Positions 39,764-48,438 of a stretch of 64,000 bases of DNA are shown here, piece after piece. The stretch is taken from the sequence record OP292654.1, one strand, 5' to 3'. The translations under genes were made by a program, and so were the position numbers. How positions within the stretch are numbered: the first letter of the stretch is position 1; every line of letters starts with the position of its first letter. The notes beneath the pieces were generated by a model that did no database searches, was not told the origin of the DNA, and was given only the letters and a program-made list of their open reading frames with translations.

Positions 39764-40252
39764 TTATAGTGATTCTACAATACGAGCTAATGTTTCAGCA
39801 CGTGAAGTAGTTTGTTTATACCAAGCAGAATTACGCATACCTTTAGCAGCTTCTTTATAATCACCACGACCCATAGCAGAGAGTGTGTTTTTAAAAGCAG
39901 ATACTTTTGTCTTACCCATTTGGAATACCATTTGAGTTAGTACTTTTTGTAGTGCAATTCCACCCTTCATACCATATTGTTCATATAGTGATTTAGCATC
40001 AGCGACCGTAGATGCGAGATCTTTAGATAATAGGCTGTCAGCTTGACTTTCAGTAAGTCCTTGTTTAAAGTTCTCACCTGTTAAAATCAAATGACCATAT
40101 CCAATTGTTGGATAGCCCAAGCTATCTTTATAAGTCCAAAACTTACCATCTTTATAATATCCAACTTTAGTTTGGTACGCAATTGTACCTTCAAAGTTTT
40201 TAATATCATTCAACAGACCAGCATCTGAACTTGTTAATACCCAATTACTCAT
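39764..40252 (-). CDS. T4-type lysozyme (GH24 muramidase), stand-alone
   Basis: FEG...YKDSLGYPTIGYGHL (E/D/T triad), MVFQMG, SAWYKQTTSRA. Confidence 0.92.
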   Translation of the reverse strand: MSNWVLTSSDAGLLNDIKNFEGTIAYQTKVGYYKDGKFWTYKDSLGYPTIGYGHLILTGENFKQGLTESQADSLLSKDLASTVADAKSLYEQYGMKGGIALQKVLTQMVFQMGKTKVSAFKNTLSAMGRGDYKEAAKGMRNSAWYKQTTSRAETLARIVESL

Positions 40253-40284
40253 TTAATACCTCCTGAATTAATCAGTACAAGTAT

Positions 40285-42984
40285 TTATTGACATGACTCA
40301 ACACGACGAGCCATAACTTCAGCACGACGAGTTGTTTGTCTGTACCAGGCTGAGTTTCGAATACCAGCAGCAGCAGCTTTATAATCACCAGCAGCCATAG
40401 CTTTAAGAGTATTTTTAAATTTAGCCACACCACCTTTACCCATTTGGAATACCATCTCCGTTAAAACAATTTGACAAATATATGGTGTTTTCATATTATA
40501 CTGAGCATATAATGATTGAGCATCACGTACAGTACGTACTAAATCCTTCTGAAGTAAAGCATCTGCTTGGGCTTCATCAATACCGCCAGCAAAGTTATCA
40601 GAAGCAGTAATTAAATGACCATAACCAATAGTTGGATAACCAAGGCTATCTTTATAAGTCCAGAATCTACCATTACGATAATATCCAACCGCAGTTTGGT
40701 ATTGAATAGTACCTTCAAATTCTTTTACTTCTTCCAGTAGTTTGCTATCAGTCGGAGATACTTTCCAATCTATTGCTGTTTTATCCAGATTTGATAAATC
40801 TTCCGGTGGAACTTTAGCTGATGTATTAGAATTTCGTTTAGTGGTACTAGTTCGTCTTGGAACATGTAGAGAACCACGTTGTGAATATCCTGAACCAATA
40901 CTTCCTACACTTGTAATAACAACCAAATCTGTACTGTTCTCTGAATAAGACGTAGCAGGCTTTGGATTAGGATTAGAAGGTTTACCAATGGTTAAACTTT
41001 TATTAGCACAATTAGCACCTTTTCCTGTTACAGTACTGTAAAATAATCCAGGATCAACTGTACCACTCCATCCATAAATGTTTGCTGATGCTAAACGAAT
41101 TTCAAATTCAAATACACCGTTAGCTGTACCAATTTTTTGACCTTTAGTTACCGTATCTTTATTAGTTACTGTTACATCAATATCGTAAAAAATACTCTTA
41201 TATCCAATTGGGTGTGTGATGATAATACCACCGTTACCCATCTTAGTAACCAAACCGCCCTCTGGAGCAACTACATCACCTTTTGCTTGAATAATCCAAC
41301 CATTACGATTTGTAGTACTTCCACTTTGAGTTGGAACACCTTTACCCCAATATCCGAATTCACGAATTGTTCCGGTACATGGCATGAATAGTTGTAATCC
41401 TTCATAGGTGGTAGTGTAAGATTCAACTGTTGTATTATCTTCACCGCCATCAGAAACGACTAAATCTTGCGTTAGTACTTGACCAACCTCGCTAGTACTG
41501 TTAATATGCTGTACGTTCTCTTGTTGCTGTACCGTTGGTGTAACTGGTGCAACATCGTTCGCAGGATGTGGTTCTGCCGCCGCCTGAGCGTTGTTAGAGC
41601 CGCCTCCTTGTACTGGTGCTGCCATTTCATTACTGTGATTACTCGCGTCACTGAATGCTGCGTGTAAGTGAATATGGCTATTCAATCCAACTGATGGAGA
41701 TACAAAGTCAGGAGCATTGATTTGTGAACTACTATCAACAGTACCAGCGATACTAAAGTTAGTACCACCACCAGTTAAGTTAACTGAAGTTGGTGCGGTT
41801 ACATCGAATGTAGAACCCGTTTTAATTGCTGTATTTTCACCTGAAGTAATGTTAGTACTTGAACCACTTTGAACACGAATACTAGCTGCTGCTACTAAAC
41901 GTAAATCAGCACCAGTGTTTATAACAACTTGACCTTTAACAACAGCATCAAGATTACCAATTAAATTTAATTTAGTATTACCTTGAGTTTGTACGTTTAG
42001 ATTTCCACCAACTTCAACGTTCATATCTTTCGCTACTGTCAAGTTAAAATCTTCATCTGTACGTATAGTAATGCTTTTATCTGAGTGAACAGTAATTTGT
42101 CCATCAGGTGTCATTTCAAATCGTGCTGTACCGTCACGGTTAATTAAAAACACGTTTCCTTGGTCTTCAGAAAGTAAGAACTGAGCACCACTACGTGTAC
42201 GTAGAACAATACCTTCATTTTTTCGTTGTCCAACAGTTGTGTCATTAACTGGACTTCCTAATTGTGTATTTTGGTATGAATCAGGATCTTGATCCCAATT
42301 AGGTGCTGTTAACTCAGCATCAGTATAACCATCATCAATAATAAAACTATTACCGCGAGGTGATGACATACCATATACAGTACTAGTAGTTTGACGAGTA
42401 CTTGAGCGGTTCGCAGCACCTTTTTGTTCATCGTATAATAAGTTTTGTTTTGTTAAACCAGCTACTAACGGAACGTTAACATATTTCTGGTCAAGTTCTG
42501 TTTGTAATGTGTTACGGTCATAGTCAGTAATTGGTACTGCCATGTCATATCCACTATTTGGTAGTGTTTGTGTAGCACTACCCGGAACCATTGTATTCAT
42601 TCGATCATCATAACCACATGCGAACCACCAGCAATCATGAATGTTACCGTTAGCAAAGAATATAGCAACTGTAGTTCCTACATCTGGTGGAACAGCCCAA
42701 AAGCCGTAGCCTTTGGGAAATTGAGAATAAGATTCAGCACCTGGTGTACCTGGTGTTCTACCAGCGAATGGTGATAGATATGATGCTGTTATCCATGAAC
42801 CTTTAGAGTCTGAGTCAGATTGTGAATTTTGTACCCAAACTTTTAACTTACCAGTTCTGGTAGGATCTCGGTTATCCATAACTGTAGCAAGTTGTACAAA
42901 TTGTGGATTAAAACGAGCAGCCTGGTTTTTGGCATAAGCCATACTATTACTAGTACCAGACGAATTAGGTTGTAAATCTGCCAT
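40285..42984 (-). CDS. Baseplate hub/spike protein, gp5/VgrG-like, with C-terminal M23-like and lysozyme domains
   Basis: OB-fold VMDNRDPTRTGKLKVWV, beta-helix repeats (VGGNLNVQTQGN...), HIHLH tip motif, LytM-like segment, C-terminal GH24 domain. Confidence 0.88.
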   Translation of the reverse strand: MADLQPNSSGTSNSMAYAKNQAARFNPQFVQLATVMDNRDPTRTGKLKVWVQNSQSDSDSKGSWITASYLSPFAGRTPGTPGAESYSQFPKGYGFWAVPPDVGTTVAIFFANGNIHDCWWFACGYDDRMNTMVPGSATQTLPNSGYDMAVPITDYDRNTLQTELDQKYVNVPLVAGLTKQNLLYDEQKGAANRSSTRQTTSTVYGMSSPRGNSFIIDDGYTDAELTAPNWDQDPDSYQNTQLGSPVNDTTVGQRKNEGIVLRTRSGAQFLLSEDQGNVFLINRDGTARFEMTPDGQITVHSDKSITIRTDEDFNLTVAKDMNVEVGGNLNVQTQGNTKLNLIGNLDAVVKGQVVINTGADLRLVAAASIRVQSGSSTNITSGENTAIKTGSTFDVTAPTSVNLTGGGTNFSIAGTVDSSSQINAPDFVSPSVGLNSHIHLHAAFSDASNHSNEMAAPVQGGGSNNAQAAAEPHPANDVAPVTPTVQQQENVQHINSTSEVGQVLTQDLVVSDGGEDNTTVESYTTTYEGLQLFMPCTGTIREFGYWGKGVPTQSGSTTNRNGWIIQAKGDVVAPEGGLVTKMGNGGIIITHPIGYKSIFYDIDVTVTNKDTVTKGQKIGTANGVFEFEIRLASANIYGWSGTVDPGLFYSTVTGKGANCANKSLTIGKPSNPNPKPATSYSENSTDLVVITSVGSIGSGYSQRGSLHVPRRTSTTKRNSNTSAKVPPEDLSNLDKTAIDWKVSPTDSKLLEEVKEFEGTIQYQTAVGYYRNGRFWTYKDSLGYPTIGYGHLITASDNFAGGIDEAQADALLQKDLVRTVRDAQSLYAQYNMKTPYICQIVLTEMVFQMGKGGVAKFKNTLKAMAAGDYKAAAAGIRNSAWYRQTTRRAEVMARRVESCQ

Positions 42985-45368
42985 TATTGTTTTCCATCTT
43001 TTTTAACTGATTCTGCTGATTGAGTACCAGTTGATTGTTGATCTTTATTACGCAGTGAACGTATTACTAATCCTGCTGTTAATTGCTGAGTGAAAGAACC
43101 ATTGCTACTAAATTCACTAACAACTTTGTTAACTCTATAAAAGTTTTGGTTGAATACTGATTTTTGGTTAACTTCAAGAATACCAGTATCATCACTAATT
43201 GCGACAATAGGTTTTAAGTTAAGAAGCAAATATGTTTCAGAAGTCATATAGTTAGCAAAATGTCTATCTTCTGGACTTGGATTAAGATCTTCACCACGAG
43301 CCGCCCGTTCTAGATAACGAATATATGAATAGTCTCCCCATCCTAACCAGAATGGATCACCAACGACCTTAATATCAAGTTTACCTAAGAATGAACGGTT
43401 ATAATAGTTGTCACGAATTAAACGACGCTGTAATTCATCATCTGAACTGTTATCACCTTTTGCACCAGAGTTAGTTTTACCGATGTTTGTTGGTTCAGTC
43501 GGAACACTGTCAACACGTGGTGTTCCAATACCATTAGTACCTTCAACCCCAATATCTATTGTATTTCGAAAGTCTTCTATGTAAGATGGTAATGCCGGAG
43601 CCATAGATAAGTTTAAATTGCTTTGGTCGGTTTCGCCTTCAGTTGGCATTACTCTGGAAGCAGAAGCACCTTGAGCATCACGAATAAATTGACGTTCTTC
43701 ATCAGTTAATTCTTGACCAGCTTTTTGTTTGTTTACCAATTCTTGAGACTTAGCCCAAAGTTGTGCAGTATCAGCAGTACTATATTCTTGCCCTGCTAGT
43801 TCTAATGTTTCAGCAACGTGTGTACCAGTACTGTTTTGTTTATCAATTTGGGATTGTGGGTTACGTGTTACCGCAATATTAAATCCCTGGTCATACTTAA
43901 TATCCAAGTTGAGGATTTCAGTGTTTAGACCACTAAATTGATAATCATATCGTTTACCATTAATTTTAGGTTTCTTATTTGGATCAGTTTCATCACTAAT
44001 CTTATCTGCGTTATCATAGAAGTACTGAAGATTAAAAGATTCTGGAAGTAAATCGTCTTTTGAAGTTACGTCACCAATCTTATATTTCAAGATATAGAAA
44101 AAGTTCTTATATGCACTGGTGTCACGAATTGGGTCATAACCAACATAACGAGATACAGGAATAATGTTTACAAAGTTGCGACGCTTATCAGTACTTTCAT
44201 GAAGTGGCATACAACAATCAAGTACATCATCTATAACACGAGATACAGGAACATCAGCACCCCAAGTAAAGTCTTTAGCTCCACTAGCACCAGATTTTGT
44301 TTGGTTAACTTCTGGACTTTGTTTAGAATCATAGTTAATAGTCATATTAGCTAGTTCAGTTGGAAGAATCATTTTAAAATATTCATCATTCGAAAAAGCA
44401 TCATAACGATAGCGAAGATAACCGTACTGGTCAGTTGCTACCTTATTCATGTGGTCTTGAAGTTGTTGAATGAACTCACCAAATGTACCAGTTGTACAAG
44501 TATAAGGTTCTTTGAGTGTCCAGTCTTTATTTTCCATCATACCACCGCGAGTGCTGCTAAGTGATAGTGTGTATGTAATTGCTCCACCGCTTTGAGATGC
44601 AGAACCCTGAATAGTATTCAAGCGAACTCCCCATTTACGGTTAAGCGATTTTATTGTAGTTGGAGCACCTGAATCTTCATCGAATCCAATAAAGTTTAAT
44701 TCCATAACAAAAGGAACATCCATAAATTTTTTGTAGCCTAATGTATTTGAAAGTACTACCAAGTCATCAAACAAGTGTTGACCACCATTTTCTTTAATTT
44801 CCATAATAGCAGTATTCATGGAATAGTTAGAGGTAATACCAGGTGTCGCTGGACCAGCTTGAGTTATTTTAACACTCTCGATACTATATCGACCAGTAAC
44901 CGCACTTTGAGCTACTACGTATTTGTTTACATCTGCCGTATCATTATCTAAAAATAATTCATATTCAGCAGGTGACATAGTATAAAGTGAGAAATTCCAA
45001 GTATAGTTATGAAACGCTAGTAATGGATTTTCATATGGAAGTACTAATTCATTCAAATCAATATTTGAATATAAATTTGTATCAGCATCATATGATTTTT
45101 GTTTTTCTTGTGCTGTCCTAGCCACATAAGCATTAGCTTGTCCCGGAATCATACCTTTAACACTTGAACTTACCTTTTCAACACCATTTTTGGCTGCTGA
45201 GACGGCTGCGTTACTTGCTTGGGTAGCACTATTCTTTATAGATTGTGCTGTTTGGTTAAGGCTTTCCACATTTGATAAAATTTGATCGCCTACACCTTCC
45301 ATATTTGTTTCTGGAATTTTTGTACTACCAGTTTGTACCTTGTTAACAATGTTATTAATTGACGCCAT
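42984..45368 (-). CDS. Putative baseplate hub protein (gp27-like)
   Basis: Position between the gp53-like and gp5-like genes. C-terminal YRVNKVVSEF..G.FTQQL typical of hub proteins. Confidence 0.6.
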   Translation of the reverse strand: MASINNIVNKVQTGSTKIPETNMEGVGDQILSNVESLNQTAQSIKNSATQASNAAVSAAKNGVEKVSSSVKGMIPGQANAYVARTAQEKQKSYDADTNLYSNIDLNELVLPYENPLLAFHNYTWNFSLYTMSPAEYELFLDNDTADVNKYVVAQSAVTGRYSIESVKITQAGPATPGITSNYSMNTAIMEIKENGGQHLFDDLVVLSNTLGYKKFMDVPFVMELNFIGFDEDSGAPTTIKSLNRKWGVRLNTIQGSASQSGGAITYTLSLSSTRGGMMENKDWTLKEPYTCTTGTFGEFIQQLQDHMNKVATDQYGYLRYRYDAFSNDEYFKMILPTELANMTINYDSKQSPEVNQTKSGASGAKDFTWGADVPVSRVIDDVLDCCMPLHESTDKRRNFVNIIPVSRYVGYDPIRDTSAYKNFFYILKYKIGDVTSKDDLLPESFNLQYFYDNADKISDETDPNKKPKINGKRYDYQFSGLNTEILNLDIKYDQGFNIAVTRNPQSQIDKQNSTGTHVAETLELAGQEYSTADTAQLWAKSQELVNKQKAGQELTDEERQFIRDAQGASASRVMPTEGETDQSNLNLSMAPALPSYIEDFRNTIDIGVEGTNGIGTPRVDSVPTEPTNIGKTNSGAKGDNSSDDELQRRLIRDNYYNRSFLGKLDIKVVGDPFWLGWGDYSYIRYLERAARGEDLNPSPEDRHFANYMTSETYLLLNLKPIVAISDDTGILEVNQKSVFNQNFYRVNKVVSEFSSNGSFTQQLTAGLVIRSLRNKDQQSTGTQSAESVKKDGKQ

Positions 45369-45380
45369 GTTGAAAAATCC

Positions 45381-45695
45381 TTACTTAACGTTACGCGAAC
45401 CGTTTAGCCAAACTTGTACACGTTGTAATGATGGAATTAAAATAGTTGTTCCAGCCGCAAAATCATAAATTGGATCTACGAGAATATCTGGATTAAGTAA
45501 AGCAAAAATGTAATACAAACGTTCATTTCCGTACAAATCCTTCGCTAAACGCCAAGGTTGTTCGTTGTACTGAGGTGGAATAATGTATTCAGAATCACTA
45601 TCTGCTTTAACCATAGTTTGTGGTAAATTGTAATCAAGATACCACGTTTGGTTTACCTTAGAATAAGGTGAATAAGTACTGTATTGGGATGCCAT
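45381..45695 (-). CDS. Baseplate wedge protein, T4 gp53/LysM-like
   Basis: YIIP..Y...PWRLAKDLYGNERLYYIFALLNP...DF..GTTILIP. Confidence 0.85.
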   Translation of the reverse strand: MASQYSTYSPYSKVNQTWYLDYNLPQTMVKADSDSEYIIPPQYNEQPWRLAKDLYGNERLYYIFALLNPDILVDPIYDFAAGTTILIPSLQRVQVWLNGSRNVK

Positions 45696-46432
45696 TAAAT
45701 GAATCCTCCTTTGCGAAGCATTTCACCACGTTTAAATGAGTTCAGGTTAAATTTAGTGGTCATAAAGTTTGGAGTAGGTTGTTCTTCTAACTGAACAGTA
45801 ATATTCAATTTTTGAGGAACCCAAACTTCGTTTTCTGGATTGACTGTACCAACATTACGAAGATTCTCAAAGTAAGCACGAGTTGCGGAGTCTGAATAAT
45901 CATATCCATCTAGTGAACTATCTACTGGTACTTGAATATAAGGAACATCATCAGCATAACTGAACTGATATGATTTGATAATAACAGGAATGTCATTATA
46001 AACATAACGTCCATAACCACTTAGTAATAGAATTGGTGGTGGAGCACCAACCACAGCAAAATCAGGATTACTAGATAATGCGGCTGTTCTACCAAAATCC
46101 ATTTGAGTTGCGGAACGAAGAAAATGCATACATGCTAATGTGTACATTGCTTCCATACCTGTACTCGCGTAGAAAGAACCTTGGATAGTGATTGTTGTAT
46201 TTGATGTGTTTTTGTAGTTGTTATAACCACTGTTTGTATGAATCGGTTGTTCCGATTCATAGTTAACGTTACGTTGTTCAGATATGATAGGTGTATAGTT
46301 CCATACCATACCATTTGTAACACGTAAAAAAGACAATATAGATGATTGAGTACTACCTGTTTGGCTTCTATCTCCATACACATAGCTTGCTGCGGCATCT
46401 TTAGGTCTTAGTCGAATTCTGCGATCTATCAT
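45695..46432 (-). CDS. Tail tube initiator-like baseplate protein (gp48/gp54-like)
   Basis: ATG 46432 after GGAG. YTPII...Y...PIHTN and PPPILLLSGYG...IPVIIKSY motifs. Late promoter at 46461-46467. Confidence 0.65.
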   Translation of the reverse strand: MIDRRIRLRPKDAAASYVYGDRSQTGSTQSSILSFLRVTNGMVWNYTPIISEQRNVNYESEQPIHTNSGYNNYKNTSNTTITIQGSFYASTGMEAMYTLACMHFLRSATQMDFGRTAALSSNPDFAVVGAPPPILLLSGYGRYVYNDIPVIIKSYQFSYADDVPYIQVPVDSSLDGYDYSDSATRAYFENLRNVGTVNPENEVWVPQKLNITVQLEEQPTPNFMTTKFNLNSFKRGEMLRKGGFI

Positions 46433-46472
46433 ATACGCTCTCCGTAAAAATGTTATCCTGTATTTATTATGT

Positions 46473-46500
46473 GGAACGAAAATTAAAAATGTGGTATAAT
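46473..46500 (+). promoter_or_regulatory. Phage non-late promoter GGAACG-N16-TATAAT
   Basis: ggaacg 46473-46478, gtggtataat 46491-46500. Confidence 0.8.
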
Positions 46501-46547
46501 GTAGCTGTAAAACAAGGATCGTTTTATATAAAAACATGGAGATTTTT

Positions 46548-47408
46548 ATGGCAATTAAACCAAAACGCAAGAAGTACTTGAATAATGCGGATTTGCTAAG
46601 AGAAATTCATATCAGTAAAATGTCATATTGTTGGGTGCTAGACGATGCTTACAGTATGTACGATTATATCGTCTTCGACGAGTCCGAAATTACTGAAGAA
46701 TTACTTGAACTAGCTACTGCGGAGCGTATCAAACGCTTAAATTCTAGTACGCTAGACAAAATACGTGCTGAACATGCTTTCACTGCCAAGAAAGCAAAAG
46801 AGTACGCTGATGAAAAGAACTTACTCATTCATGATATTCCGGTTGATGAAGTTGTTATTCGTGTAATTACGAATGAACATATTCCATTTATGGAAAATAC
46901 GGACAATGAGAAGAAAGTTCGTACCAATTTTGAACCCTTTAAACATTATATCGCTGATAGTACTGGCGAATTGTACGAAGTTGCTCGTTCTCATTGGAAA
47001 GGTGATCTTGAAGATGGCTGTTTCAGCCAAACTCACGGTCGTCAAACTAATGAACTAGGCAAAATGTTCATTAAATTGGCAGAAGAAATATCTCATAAGC
47101 CTAATTATCGTAATTATACGTACTTAGACGAGATGATGGGTGATGCTCGCATTCAATTAGTTAAGAATGCGTTGCTATTCAATGAAAGTATTCTGTACAA
47201 AAAGGTAAAACCAGCAGTACAACTCAATCCTTTCGCATATTACACCTCATTTGTTAACAACGCATTCCGTTCTGTATTGAACTCAGAGAAGAATGTACGT
47301 AACATTCGTGATGACCTTCTTGAACTTCAAGGGTTTAACCCTAGTCATACACGACAAATTGAAATTGAGATGAAAATGCTAGAAAGGAAGCAAAATGGCA
47401 CTGTTTGA
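46548..47408 (+). CDS. gp55: Late-transcription sigma factor, T4 gp55-like
   Basis: YLNNADLLREI, ELGKMFIKLAE...PNYRNYTYLDEM, NPFAYYTSFVNNAF. ATG 46548 after GGAG. Confidence 0.88.
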   Translation: MAIKPKRKKYLNNADLLREIHISKMSYCWVLDDAYSMYDYIVFDESEITEELLELATAERIKRLNSSTLDKIRAEHAFTAKKAKEYADEKNLLIHDIPVDEVVIRVITNEHIPFMENTDNEKKVRTNFEPFKHYIADSTGELYEVARSHWKGDLEDGCFSQTHGRQTNELGKMFIKLAEEISHKPNYRNYTYLDEMMGDARIQLVKNALLFNESILYKKVKPAVQLNPFAYYTSFVNNAFRSVLNSEKNVRNIRDDLLELQGFNPSHTRQIEIEMKMLERKQNGTV

Positions 47409-48426
47409 TAAGTCTATAGTGTTTACTGATATTCATTTGGGTCTAAAGAATAACAGTAGAGAACATAATATTGATTGTGTTAACTTTGTAAAGTTCATGA
47501 TCGATGAAGCTAAAGAAAGAGATATTAAAACCTGTATCTTTATGGGAGATTTCTTCCATAATCGTAGTAATATTAACATCAATACACTAGATTATGGTCT
47601 TCAAATCATGCATCTTCTTAACGAGAACTTCGATATGACGTATTTTCTTGTTGGGAACCATGATATGTACCATAAAAATAAGCGTGATGTAACAAGTATC
47701 AATATGGCATCTGTTTTTGAACATATTCACTTCATTAACCAGATTGAAACAATTGATGATTGTGCTTTTATCCCGTTTATGATTGATGATGAATATAAAC
47801 AACTTCCTTCATTACGTGCTAAGTACGTTTTCGGTCACTTAGAACTGCCAGGATACCTTCTTAACAAGATGGTTGAAATGCCAGATCATGGAAAAGAGAC
47901 TGAAGATTCATTTAATGGATGTGAATATGTCTTTAGTGGACACTTCCATAAAAGACAAGCTAAAGTTACATCAAAAGGTACTAAAATTCTGTACACTGGT
48001 AACTGTTTCCCACATAACTTCTCAGATACATGGGATGATGCACGTGGAATAATGTTCCTAGAACATGGTGGTGAACCAGAATTCAAAATGTGGCCTGGTG
48101 CTCCACGTTACAGAACCTTTACTTTGTCAGAACTTCTATCTGAACCAACATATTACTTGGAAGACAACGTAATAGCTAAGGTTCAGGTTGATATTCCTGT
48201 TACAATGGATGAAATTAGTTTTATTCGCGAAACATTCTGTAAGATGTATAAAATTCGTGAGTTTAACATCATACCTGGGAAGAAAACAGTTGAGAACAAC
48301 TTCGGTTCAGAAGATTTCGCATCTAATACTGAATCCGTTGATGAAATTGTTATAGCTCAGATAAAAGAAAACAAATCCAACGTAATTGACAATGAATTAC
48401 TGATTCAACTTTATCTTTCACTATAA
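47395..48426 (+). CDS. gp47: Recombination nuclease subunit, gp47/Mre11/SbcD-like
   Basis: Metallophosphoesterase motifs DIH, GDFFH, GNHD, GHLE, SGHFH. Confidence 0.93.
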   Translation: MALFDKSIVFTDIHLGLKNNSREHNIDCVNFVKFMIDEAKERDIKTCIFMGDFFHNRSNININTLDYGLQIMHLLNENFDMTYFLVGNHDMYHKNKRDVTSINMASVFEHIHFINQIETIDDCAFIPFMIDDEYKQLPSLRAKYVFGHLELPGYLLNKMVEMPDHGKETEDSFNGCEYVFSGHFHKRQAKVTSKGTKILYTGNCFPHNFSDTWDDARGIMFLEHGGEPEFKMWPGAPRYRTFTLSELLSEPTYYLEDNVIAKVQVDIPVTMDEISFIRETFCKMYKIREFNIIPGKKTVENNFGSEDFASNTESVDEIVIAQIKENKSNVIDNELLIQLYLSL

Positions 48427-48438
48427 TTGGAGGCAGGG

